Below, piece by piece: positions 36,645-45,694 of a stretch of DNA of 64,000 nt (position 1 is the stretch's first letter; each line of letters opens with the position of its first letter). The position numbers were made by a program, and so were the translations under genes. This stretch comes from Ardenticatenaceae bacterium (GTDB lineage Bacteria; Chloroflexota; Anaerolineae; Promineifilales; Promineifilaceae), in assembly GCA_020634395.1 (NCBI GenBank), contig JACKBU010000014.1, forward strand, positions 16,118 to 80,117, in the 5' to 3' direction. The notes below the pieces were generated by a model, which ran no database searches, was not told the origin of the DNA, and saw only the letters and a program-made list of their open reading frames with translations.

Positions 36645-36764
36645 AGCCAGAGGCATATAGTCGGAAGCAGGATACCTACATTTACAAAACAAGAGGGTAA
36701 TTGTTCGGCAATTACCCTCTTGTTTTATTCTCTTACGAAGGCCGGAATCTACGAGCGTGCCCCT

Positions 36765-38117
36765 TTATACTGCGGGTCGACCGTGACAGTTTTTAAACTT
36801 TTTGCCACTGCCACAGGGGCAGGGATCGTTTCGGCCGACCTTTACGGCCGTTGGCGGCTCCACGTCTGGTTGGTAAAGCTGCATAATTTCATCGGCGTAA
36901 CGTCCCTGCCGCAGTAAACCGGCCATCATTTTCATGGGTCGATCGACGTGGTTGAAAAACAGCTTGTAACCAGGGCACAAATAGTTTAATCCATCCTCAC
37001 CATCTGGCGTGCGGATAAAGCGGTTGCGGGGACAGCCGCCGTTGCAGGCAAACCGCACGGTACATTCCTGGCAGTAACGAGGCAGCGTTTGCTGTTTGTC
37101 CAGACCAAACTGGCGCTGCTTAGCTGAGTTCACCAGATCGAGCATATGAGTCTCGTGGATGTTGCCGAGCAGATAATCGGGTTCGACGTAATGGTCGCAG
37201 GCGTATAAATCGCCGTTGTGTTCCAGGGCTAGGGCATTGCCGCAGGTGGGGGCAAAGATGCACAGACTGTACTGCCCTACGTGGGCACCCAGGGTCGCAT
37301 CAAAGAGTTGCACAAAAACCTGGCCTACGTCGCGCTGGATCCATTCGTCGAAGATGGCGCAGAGAAAACGGCCGTACTGCTCTCCATCTACCGAACGTTC
37401 TGTTACCAGATGGCCGGCCTGCGTGTATAACGGCCGTTGCCCGCCCGGTCGTTCGCTCCAACCAATATTGGCCAGCGGCAAGAATTGGGCCGTTGCCCGC
37501 TCTACAATCGGGATGAACTGGATGTACTGCGCCCCTAACTCGTCACGAAAGAAGCGGTAGATCTCTAGGGGGCGATTTTGGTTGGCGGCGTGTACGGTGC
37601 ACAGGATATTAAAATCCACATTGTGCTTGGCCAGCAGTCGCCAGCCCTGCATAACCTGGTCAAAGCTGCCTGCGCCCCCTTTGTTGACTCGATAGGTATC
37701 ATGGATTTCGCGCGGGCCATCGACGCTGAGGCCGATAAGGAAGTTGTGCTCTTTGAAAAAGGCGCACCATTCGTCGTCCAGTTTGGTGCCGTTGGTCTGC
37801 ATGGTGTGCAGCAGACGCTGGCCTGGCTTTTTGTACTTTTCCGCCAGTTCTACCGAACGTTTGAAGAAGTCTAACCCCATGAGCGTGGGTTCCCCGCCTT
37901 GCCAGGCAACGATAACTTCGGCGGTACGGCCGTGTGCCTCCAGAAGCTGCCGAATATAGGTTTCCAGCAAGCTGTCTTCCATGCGGAAGCGGCTGCCGGG
38001 ATATAACGACTCCTTCGACAAGAAGAAACAGTATTTACAATCCAGATTGCAGACCGCTCCGGTTGGTTTTGCCAGCAAATGAAATGCCGAAGATACGGCC
38101 GTAGACATTGTTGCCAT
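36765..38117 (-). CDS. anaerobic sulfatase-maturating enzyme (radical SAM/SPASM) with C-terminal SEC-C motif
   Basis: [21 protein letters not shown] (Cx3Cx2C). SPASM cysteines [19 protein letters not shown]. Tail [17 protein letters not shown]. Confidence 0.9.
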   Translation of the reverse strand: MATMSTAVSSAFHLLAKPTGAVCNLDCKYCFFLSKESLYPGSRFRMEDSLLETYIRQLLEAHGRTAEVIVAWQGGEPTLMGLDFFKRSVELAEKYKKPGQRLLHTMQTNGTKLDDEWCAFFKEHNFLIGLSVDGPREIHDTYRVNKGGAGSFDQVMQGWRLLAKHNVDFNILCTVHAANQNRPLEIYRFFRDELGAQYIQFIPIVERATAQFLPLANIGWSERPGGQRPLYTQAGHLVTERSVDGEQYGRFLCAIFDEWIQRDVGQVFVQLFDATLGAHVGQYSLCIFAPTCGNALALEHNGDLYACDHYVEPDYLLGNIHETHMLDLVNSAKQRQFGLDKQQTLPRYCQECTVRFACNGGCPRNRFIRTPDGEDGLNYLCPGYKLFFNHVDRPMKMMAGLLRQGRYADEIMQLYQPDVEPPTAVKVGRNDPCPCGSGKKFKNCHGRPAV

Positions 38118-38142
38118 CAGTTATTTCTCCCAGTTCTGTATC

Positions 38143-38934
38143 TTACAACATTTGCTCCAATTCCGTGATCTTTTCTACCAGTTCGACTTCGGCTGCTTGC
38201 ATTTGCTCCAGCAAGGATTTCAGTTCACCGAGCTTTGCCCGTGGATCAGTAGGCTCGTACTCGTTCTCCTTTTTTTTCGGTGCGCCCAAAAAGAAGTTAG
38301 AAAGAAAGCTGGCCAGAACACCGATCAGCGCTACGCCGGACAACATGACGAAAACTGCCAAAACACGCCCCCACGGCGACACCGGAAAACGATCTCCATA
38401 GCCGACTGTGGTCATGGTTACAAAGGTCCACCAGACCGCATCGCCGGAGGTGGTGATATTGGCGTTCGGGTAGGAAGCTTCGACCTTCAGCATGAAAACA
38501 CCGACAATTTCGGCTATGACGATAATGCCGAAGATGGTGATAAAGAGGGCAATGCCTGCCCGGTTGTTGACAATCTCGTTCACCATATTCTGCACACCGA
38601 AAATTCGCAGCAGCCGTGCTGCACGGAAGATGCGAAAGACGCGGAAGATACGCAGCTGCGGTAGACAGGCCAACAAATCGGCCCACCCCCAATTTCTGAA
38701 GAAGTAGTTGGATTTAGAAGAAGCCGTCAGCAGGCGGTACGTAAAATCGAACAAGAAAAACACTGTCAAAATAGCATTGATAATTTCCAGGACACCCATT
38801 GTCAGGGGAGAAATCGAGTAGAAGTAATCAATCCATATGAGGATCAGGTTGAAAACAGACACCAACGAGAGCAATAAAATGAACAACTCATACCCGGTAC
38901 TCTTCAATTCTTTTTCTTGCTGGTTTTCAGTCAT
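38143..38934 (-). CDS. voltage-gated-type K+ channel (6-TM, TVGYGD filter)
   Basis: S4-like RIFRVFRIFRAARLLRIF, pore WWTFVTMTTVGYGD, C-terminal coiled coil. Confidence 0.85.
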   Translation of the reverse strand: MTENQQEKELKSTGYELFILLLSLVSVFNLILIWIDYFYSISPLTMGVLEIINAILTVFFLFDFTYRLLTASSKSNYFFRNWGWADLLACLPQLRIFRVFRIFRAARLLRIFGVQNMVNEIVNNRAGIALFITIFGIIVIAEIVGVFMLKVEASYPNANITTSGDAVWWTFVTMTTVGYGDRFPVSPWGRVLAVFVMLSGVALIGVLASFLSNFFLGAPKKKENEYEPTDPRAKLGELKSLLEQMQAAEVELVEKITELEQML

Positions 38935-39455
38935 GATTTGCCTTTCCTTCTTGTTTGCTTCACTATTTCCGTTTTGTGTTGGGTATTATACGGCCGTGTA
39001 GAAGGTCAGCCGCTTTGCATATCTCCCACTTTTTTGTCGTACCGTTTCAGCACGGTATTTAACGAAGAGAGTGAGAGACACAGTCTACAAATCTAAAGTA
39101 GTATAGACGATTTGACCAGATAGGAACTCCTCCAAAAAGGTTCACAAATGGGTTATATCGCTGAAGACCAGCGATTCCTTGCTGGAGCGAGTAGGTCCAG
39201 CTTACCGGTTCATTCCCTTCCTGCAAAACGGACTGCCACAATGGGCGAACACTTCTTGCAAGTGTAGGAATACTAAAGATAAACTATGGAAACGAATACA
39301 ACTTTCATACACCATTTTGGAGCTACAAGCTTTTGGCCTAAATCCATTATCCTTAAGATGAAGCTTCTCATGAAGAGAGGCTGAGCTGTTAAGAACGGAA
39401 GTTGTACTCAAACGAATAGACCCGTATTCAGTCAATCGAAAAAAGGAGAGTCGAA

Positions 39456-39953
39456 ATGAGTGATTTAATTGTATTGGCCTTTGATGATGAGGCGAGCGCC
39501 TTTGAGATGCGCGACAAACTGCTGCAAATGCAAAAGCAAGAGCTGATTACCCTGGCGGACGCCGCCATCGTGGTGCGCGACAAAAAGGGTAAGCCGAAGG
39601 TAAAACAGCTGCACAGCCTGGTGGGTGCCGGTGCTTTGGGCGGAGCCTTTTGGGGTATGCTGATTGGCTTGCTCTTCTTTGCTCCCTGGCTGGGCATGGC
39701 AGCCGGAGCGCTCGGCGGTGCACTTGGCGGCAAATTTACCGACGTTGGGGTTGATGACAAGTTTATCAAAGAAGTGGGGGCGACTATTCAACCGGGACAG
39801 GCGGCGCTGTTCCTCCTGGTGGTTAAGGCTACAGGCGACAAAGTGCTGCCCGAACTCTCTTCCTTTAGCGCCAAAGTGATTCAGACCTCGCTCACGAATG
39901 AGCAGGAGGCCAAACTGCGCGAAGCTTTCGCTGCGGATGAAATCGAAGCATAA
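39456..39953 (+). CDS. DUF1269 glycine-zipper membrane protein (copy 8, canonical)
   Basis: AAGGAGAG RBS. LIVLAFDDEASAFEMRDKLLQMQKQELITLADAAIVVRDKKGKPKV...GAGALGGAFWGMLIGLLFFAPWLGMAAGALGGALGG...IQPGQAALFLLV. Confidence 0.85.
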   Translation: MSDLIVLAFDDEASAFEMRDKLLQMQKQELITLADAAIVVRDKKGKPKVKQLHSLVGAGALGGAFWGMLIGLLFFAPWLGMAAGALGGALGGKFTDVGVDDKFIKEVGATIQPGQAALFLLVVKATGDKVLPELSSFSAKVIQTSLTNEQEAKLREAFAADEIEA

Positions 39954-40057
39954 AGCGCGTGGATCTGCTGGGAGCTTGGCACGGCCGTTTTGTTTCGTGC
40001 CGGACTAAAGCAGTTTATAAGACAGTTTAAGAAGCGCAGAACCTGAAAATTATCTGG

Positions 40058-40092
40058 AAGTCCGGCATGGTTTTTTCGACTATGCCGGACTT
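40058..40092 (+). terminator. hairpin AAGTCCGGCAT ... ATGCCGGACTT followed by TTTAGG
   Basis: 11-bp perfect arms read directly. Lies about 100 nt after the stop of the 39456 gene. Confidence 0.5.
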
Positions 40093-40260
40093 TTAGGCCA
40101 TTAATCCAGAAATGCTGCTCAGGATTGGCTGTTTTGCCATATGTTTTCTACGGGAACATAATCCACAGGTTTTGGTGGCGATGGTGTGACGGCCGTCTGA
40201 ACGAGAAACGGCCGTTACAGTCAGATGAGACCGGTCTATTAACCGACCAAGGAGGCAGAC

Positions 40261-40359
40261 ATGTTAATTACCATACTTGCTGTTTTGTTTGTAATCGTAT
40301 TAGTGGCCGCGCCGCTGATTTATTTCTTCACACGTCGTAGCGACGAGGAAGAATCATAG
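40261..40359 (+). CDS. possible 32-aa single-helix membrane peptide
   Basis: AAGGAGG 6 nt before the ATG. MLITILAVLFVIVLVAAPLIYFFTRRSDEEES. Too short for the ORF track. Confidence 0.35.
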   Translation: MLITILAVLFVIVLVAAPLIYFFTRRSDEEES

Positions 40360-40373
40360 TACACGGAAAAGCA

Positions 40374-42617
40374 ATGAAAACAAAAATGAAAAGGCATAGC
40401 ATTGTATTACCTTTTATAGTCGCGATGTTGTGGTTGGGCACTGCCTGCGGTGGCCAGGCCGAACCAGCGCCTGTTCCAACGGAACCACCCCCGGCGCAAG
40501 TCGTGACGGCTGAATCGCCGGCCACGGCCGTTCCCGCATCCTCTCCCACGCCCCAATCCGACGACGCCGAGATTACTGCCAGCATCGGCCTGAGTCCCCG
40601 TCAGATCAGCCTGGATACACAAGGGCTGCCATACCCCTGGCAGGCCAACACTGTGCCCGGTACCCCCTATGACGCCAGCCAACCGCCAGGCCCCACAGGT
40701 CTGCCCGATCATATCGAGATAAACTTTGGCACCATGGACCCGGCCAACCGGCAGCCCACAGACCCCATAATGTACATCATTCCCGTAGATGCCTACCGGC
40801 AGTTGTGGGACGACGCCGGAAACGAGGCTGTCAGCAAGATGGTGGAAGCCATTTACCAGAAGACAGTCGCTTTGCCTTATCCGCCGCAGACGTCTGGCTT
40901 GCCGGCGCTGCCGTTTGAGATGGTCGTAGGAACCAACGACATCGCTGCCCAGGTGGGACGTACCACTCCCACCGACATCAGCGCCAGCCAGAGCGGCTTT
41001 CGCTTTTACGGCCGTTTCGCCCAAAGCCCCAATCCGGTAACCAACCAGGATATGCAGTATGTCTACCAGGGTTTTACCAACGATGGCAAATACCTGGTGC
41101 TGTTTTTCTACCCGCCGGTAACCACCAGCTATCTTCCCGCTACCGCCGCCGACGTGCCGCAGAGTGAGACAGATGCGATGATGGCCGACATGACTGGTTA
41201 TCTGAATGCGAAGGCGGAGGAACTAAACGCCCTGCCTACCAGTGACTGGGACCCAGACCTGTCTACGCTGGATGCGCTGGTTGCTTCCCTCAGCATCGTC
41301 AACATGCCGCCTACGGGCCTTCAAGGGCAGGTGTGGCGTTGGGTGGCCGAATCGGATGGGTACGAAGAAACGCCGGTAACTTTTGACAGCGACTACACCG
41401 TTACTTTCCTGCCCGACGGCCGTTTGGCTTTCCAGGCTGACTGCAACAGCGGAACTGGCGTTTATGATGCCAGCGGCGGCATGGTTGGTTCACTGGCCAC
41501 TGAGTTAGGCGCCATGACCATGGCGGCCTGCAGCCCCGATTCAAGGAGCGACGATCTGATCGGCACGCTGCAGTCAGCTCAGAACTACAAAGTCCGGCCC
41601 GGTGGCGCCCTGATGGAACTTGTGCGTCCTGCGGGCGGTGGTTCGCTGATCTTCACGGCCGTAGGTGCGGCCGACACCGCGCCGCCGGACAACGAGCAGC
41701 CGGAAGTAGAACTGCCAACGCCGGAGCCGAGTGGTCCTTACGGCCGTGTTACGGCTCAAGATGGCCTTAATCTGCGCAGCGGGCCGGGAACAGCCTACCC
41801 GGTTGTTGGCATGGCCCCCTTTGGCACCGAAGGAGCCATCGTAGGCCGCAGCGCCGATGGACAGTGGTGGGTGGCCGCCGCACCGTCTATCAATGGCGGC
41901 GTCGTGTGGGCTTCGGCTTCTTTCGTCGAAGCTTTTAACGCCGCCAACGTGCCGGTCATCCCTGCGCCCCCGCTGCCGATCCCACCGACAGCCACACCGA
42001 CGGCCACGCCGCCGCCCCAGGCAGAAATCAGTTTTTGGGCCGATTCAACCAGCATCACCCAGGGCCAATGCACGACCTTGCGGTGGCAGGTGGAGAACAT
42101 CCAGGCCGTTTGGGTTTACCCCTTGGGGCAGCCGTATAATCAGTTCCCCGTCACCGGCCAGGGCAGCCGGGAAGTGTGCCCCAGCTTTACAACCACCTAT
42201 GAGATGCGCGTGTTGAAACAGGATGGCTCCATCGAACTGCGCCAGGTGACGGTTGCCGTCAGCGCCCCGGCGAATCCGCTGCTCAATACCAACTGGTCGG
42301 TGGCCACCATCAACCTGCAGGCGGTCTTGCCGGCGAACCAGCCGTTGACCCTGAACTTTGCCGACACCACGGTGAATGGCAGCGGTGGCTGCAACACGTA
42401 CAACGGTCCCTATCGTCTTAGCGGCAGCAACCTTACCATCGGACCGCTGGCCGGTACGCAGGCTTTATGCGGCAACGAGTCGCTGGACCAGCAAGAAGCA
42501 GCTTACGTGAATGCCTTGCAGTCAACGGCATCCTACGTGTTGAGCGGCGATATGCTCATTTTGCGCAACGCGGCGAACGCCGAGGTAATGCGTTTGTTCT
42601 TAAACGCTGCTCAGTAG
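40374..42617 (+). CDS. lipoprotein with SH3-like and two META (HslJ-like) domains
   Basis: Lipobox LGTAC. META patterns TVTFLPDGRLAFQADCNSGTGVY and LNFADTTVNGSGGCNTYNGPYRLSGSNLTIGPLAGTQALC. SH3b-like GLNLRSGPGTAYPVVG. Confidence 0.75.
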   Translation: MKTKMKRHSIVLPFIVAMLWLGTACGGQAEPAPVPTEPPPAQVVTAESPATAVPASSPTPQSDDAEITASIGLSPRQISLDTQGLPYPWQANTVPGTPYDASQPPGPTGLPDHIEINFGTMDPANRQPTDPIMYIIPVDAYRQLWDDAGNEAVSKMVEAIYQKTVALPYPPQTSGLPALPFEMVVGTNDIAAQVGRTTPTDISASQSGFRFYGRFAQSPNPVTNQDMQYVYQGFTNDGKYLVLFFYPPVTTSYLPATAADVPQSETDAMMADMTGYLNAKAEELNALPTSDWDPDLSTLDALVASLSIVNMPPTGLQGQVWRWVAESDGYEETPVTFDSDYTVTFLPDGRLAFQADCNSGTGVYDASGGMVGSLATELGAMTMAACSPDSRSDDLIGTLQSAQNYKVRPGGALMELVRPAGGGSLIFTAVGAADTAPPDNEQPEVELPTPEPSGPYGRVTAQDGLNLRSGPGTAYPVVGMAPFGTEGAIVGRSADGQWWVAAAPSINGGVVWASASFVEAFNAANVPVIPAPPLPIPPTATPTATPPPQAEISFWADSTSITQGQCTTLRWQVENIQAVWVYPLGQPYNQFPVTGQGSREVCPSFTTTYEMRVLKQDGSIELRQVTVAVSAPANPLLNTNWSVATINLQAVLPANQPLTLNFADTTVNGSGGCNTYNGPYRLSGSNLTIGPLAGTQALCGNESLDQQEAAYVNALQSTASYVLSGDMLILRNAANAEVMRLFLNAAQ

Positions 42618-42633
42618 CCAGCTTGGTTTGTAA

Positions 42634-42668
42634 GGGGCACGGCCGTTTCCCGCAAACGGCCGTGCCCC
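42634..42668 (+). terminator. intrinsic terminator made of two ACGGCCGT copies
   Basis: GGGGCACGGCCGTTT-cccgc-AAACGGCCGTGCCCC followed by TCTTTTGG. Confidence 0.85.
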
Positions 42669-42783
42669 TCTTTTGGTAGTACAAGATTTCGTGGGGGATT
42701 GTCCTCTACGGGAAGCCAAACATCGTGTAGAATAGGCACGTTTGTTGCTTACTATGTTTCTAGTGACTTAAGGAGGTTTCACC

Positions 42784-43170
42784 ATGAAAAGACCAGTTGG
42801 CATTACCATTTTGGCTGTTTTGGCCGGCCTGGCAGCCCTGACAGCCATCCTGCATATATTGCAGCTTCTGGGATTGCTGCCCATTTCTATTGGTCCGGCA
42901 CAGTTTTATACCTCCAATGTTTTTGGGGCGATATTGTGGGGGCTTTGCGCCGCCGTCTGGTTATGGGTGATGAGCATGTTGTGGACCCTGAATCCTTTCG
43001 GTTGGGCGGCCTGCCTGGCTCTGGCGGGGGCAAATCTCTTTCTAATTGTCGTGAACATTATTGGGCAGGCCACCTGGCAAAGCATGCTGTTAAGCATCCT
43101 CGTGAATGGACTGGTGTTCATTTACTGCCTGCTGCCGGGTACAAGAGCTGCTTTTGAGGGCGGTTATTAA
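42784..43170 (+). CDS. small membrane protein (128 aa, 4 helices)
   Basis: AAGGAGG RBS and hydrophobic helices. Confidence 0.6.
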   Translation: MKRPVGITILAVLAGLAALTAILHILQLLGLLPISIGPAQFYTSNVFGAILWGLCAAVWLWVMSMLWTLNPFGWAACLALAGANLFLIVVNIIGQATWQSMLLSILVNGLVFIYCLLPGTRAAFEGGY

Positions 43171-43261
43171 GAGAGCCTGATGCGGGACACTGAATCTGAG
43201 TCGGGACTTAGCCAGGTTGTTGGTGCTGGCTACGAGGCGCCAATTCTTTGAAAAGAAACAA

Positions 43262-43558
43262 ATGCTCCCAGAACTGACCACATCTCCACACACTGCTGCA
43301 GCCCGTTTTGGCATTTCTCCACTTGCTTTGGCAGTGATTGGCTTGGTGCCGGCGAGTATGGTTCTGTTTTTGCTGTATTGCCCTGCCCGAGTGGAAATGA
43401 TTCCACCAGCTATATTGGCGGGGGCCGAATCTGGTCCATTGTCTGTCCTGCTTCTCATTCTCGCCGTCGCGATCGCCAACCTGATTGCTGCAAACCTCAT
43501 GGAACCGGCTTATAAAGGGAGAAAATTACAGCTCTCTATTGGGCGAGCAGAGGAGTGA
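43262..43558 (+). CDS. possible small membrane protein (98 aa)
   Basis: Two hydrophobic helices. Its stop overlaps the start region of the next gene. No strong RBS. Confidence 0.4.
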   Translation: MLPELTTSPHTAAARFGISPLALAVIGLVPASMVLFLLYCPARVEMIPPAILAGAESGPLSVLLLILAVAIANLIAANLMEPAYKGRKLQLSIGRAEE

Positions 43559-43563
43559 ATCTT

Positions 43564-45615
43564 ATGGAGGAAACGGTTACCCGAAAACGTCCCCGGGCAA
43601 AACGCCCGCTCATTCGTATTATCGTTATCTGGATAATCGAAGCGGTGGCCATTCTTATTTTGACGTATTTGCTGAACGGACTCCACGTGCCAAACTTCAG
43701 AACGGCGCTGGCCGCCGCGGCAGCGATTGGTTTGCTGAATGCGCTGCTCTGGCCGCTGCTCAGCTACCTGATTTTGCCATTTGCGGTACTGACGTTGGGG
43801 CTGGCGGCGCTGGCCCTAAACGGCGTGATCATCATGCTGGCGGCCTATCTGGTCCCTGGCTTTACAGTGGATAGTATATTGTGGGCGATGGGGGCGGCGT
43901 TGGGATTAACGGCCGTTAACACCATCGCCAGTTCCCTCTTCACCATCGACGATGACAGCTCCTGGTACCGCAACGTTGTCCGGCGGCGCGCCAAGCGGAT
44001 GGCCCGCCCAGAAGTGACCGATGTGCCCGGCTTCCTCTTCCTGGAAATCGACGGCCTGGCCGAACCCGTATTGGAAAAAGCCATGCGCGACGGTTACGCC
44101 CCCACCATGAAGCGCTGGCGCGACTCTGGCAGCCATAAGCTGGTGGAATGGGAAACAGACCTCTCCTCCCAAACGTCGGCCAGCCAGGCCGGCATTTTAC
44201 ATGGCAACAACGACAACATTCCTGCTTTCCGCTGGTACGACCGCCAGCGGCGGGACATCATTGCCTCCAGCAGCCCCGACGAAGTGGCTGCTTTGGAAAA
44301 GCGCCATTCCGACGGCCAGGGTTTGCTGGCAGATAACGGTGCCAGCCGCGGTAACCTCCTGTCCGGCGATGCGCCGATCGTTAGCCTGACGGCCAGCACC
44401 ATGAAGGATCTGTCTCGCCTGCATCTCACCGACTTCTACGCTTACTTTGTCAATCCCTATAACCTGACGCGCACGATGCTGCTGCTGGTGTGGGATGTTC
44501 TGCTGGAAATGCGCCAGTTTCGTCGGGCGCGTAAGAACAATGTGATTCCCATTCTGGACAAGCAGCATCGCGGGGGTAAGTATCCCCTGCTGCGCGTGTT
44601 TACGACCGTGATCATGCGCGAGCTGAACATCTATACCCTGATTGGCGACATGTACAGCGGCGTGCCGTCGGCGTATGCCACTTTTGTGGGCTATGACGAA
44701 GTCGCGCACCACTCCGGCGTGGAGTCAACCGATGCTTTGGACATTCTGCGCAAGCTGGATGAGCAGTTCGCCCGACTGGAGAGTGCGGCAAAGGATGCGC
44801 CACGGCCGTATCACCTGGTTATCCTCTCCGACCACGGGCAGAGCGGGGGGCAGACGTTTAAGCAGCGTTACGGAATTGATTTGCAGGAGTTGGTGCAGCA
44901 GTACGCCAAAGCCCATCAGGTGCAGGGCATCATGCAGACCAACGAAGCCTGGGGACACCTCAACGTGCTGGTCAACGACGCTATCCAAAATGACAAACGC
45001 ACCGACAAGTTCTTAAAGAGGATGACAAGAGGGCAGACGAAAGATGGCGAAGTGAAGTTGGGCCCTGACGAAGACGAGCAAGATCTTCTGGAAGAAGCCC
45101 AGATTTTGGTATTGGCTTCCGGTAATTTGGGGCTGGTGTACGGTACGCGTCTGCAAGAAAGGATCCGGTTGGAGCAAATTGAGATGATTTTCCCCGGTTT
45201 GTTGGCCGGGTTGGCTGAGCATGAAGGGATAGGCTGGCTGATGGTTAACTCCGATGAGGGTCCGGTGGTGATTGGACAAAACGGCCGTTACTACCTCACC
45301 CCGGACCGCATCGAGGGTGAGAATCCCCTGGCCGGTTTTGGCTCTAACGCCCGCTGTCATCTGCTGCGCTACAACGAGTTTCCCGACGCACCGGACATTT
45401 ATGTCAACAGCTTCTACAACGCGCAAACGAACGAAGTGGCGGCGTTTGAGGAATTGATTGGCTGTCATGGCGGGATGGGCGGGTACCAGACACGGCCGTT
45501 CATCCTGTATCCCGCTCAACTAACCATCACGGAACCGGAACTGGTGGGGGCTACGGCCGTTTACCGGCAGTTCAAAACCTGGCTGCGCGATGCCCACACC
45601 GCCGCAACTGTTTAA
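43564..45615 (+). CDS. fusion: N-terminal DUF360/phage-holin-4-like membrane domain + alkaline-phosphatase-superfamily (nucleotide pyrophosphatase/phosphodiesterase-like) domain
   Basis: IWIIEAVAILILTYLLNGLHVPNFRTALAAAAAIGLLNALLWPLLSYLILPF...LVPGF is a DUF360 pattern. Then FLFLEIDGL, YDEVAHHSG and LVILSDHGQS. GAGGAG RBS before ATG 43564. Confidence 0.7.
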   Translation: MEETVTRKRPRAKRPLIRIIVIWIIEAVAILILTYLLNGLHVPNFRTALAAAAAIGLLNALLWPLLSYLILPFAVLTLGLAALALNGVIIMLAAYLVPGFTVDSILWAMGAALGLTAVNTIASSLFTIDDDSSWYRNVVRRRAKRMARPEVTDVPGFLFLEIDGLAEPVLEKAMRDGYAPTMKRWRDSGSHKLVEWETDLSSQTSASQAGILHGNNDNIPAFRWYDRQRRDIIASSSPDEVAALEKRHSDGQGLLADNGASRGNLLSGDAPIVSLTASTMKDLSRLHLTDFYAYFVNPYNLTRTMLLLVWDVLLEMRQFRRARKNNVIPILDKQHRGGKYPLLRVFTTVIMRELNIYTLIGDMYSGVPSAYATFVGYDEVAHHSGVESTDALDILRKLDEQFARLESAAKDAPRPYHLVILSDHGQSGGQTFKQRYGIDLQELVQQYAKAHQVQGIMQTNEAWGHLNVLVNDAIQNDKRTDKFLKRMTRGQTKDGEVKLGPDEDEQDLLEEAQILVLASGNLGLVYGTRLQERIRLEQIEMIFPGLLAGLAEHEGIGWLMVNSDEGPVVIGQNGRYYLTPDRIEGENPLAGFGSNARCHLLRYNEFPDAPDIYVNSFYNAQTNEVAAFEELIGCHGGMGGYQTRPFILYPAQLTITEPELVGATAVYRQFKTWLRDAHTAATV

Positions 45616-45694
45616 GATAGAGCATACACAAAAACACGTCCCCATGCCTTTGGCCATGTCTGTGGTGGTGTAGGGCGATCTTTGGAAGGGAACT

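Noticed and set aside
11958-39953. Sulfur island as a mobile genomic island
   Set aside because: No integrase, transposase, tRNA boundary or flanking direct repeats were seen. The density of the iterated octamer inside it is similar to the rest of the window.
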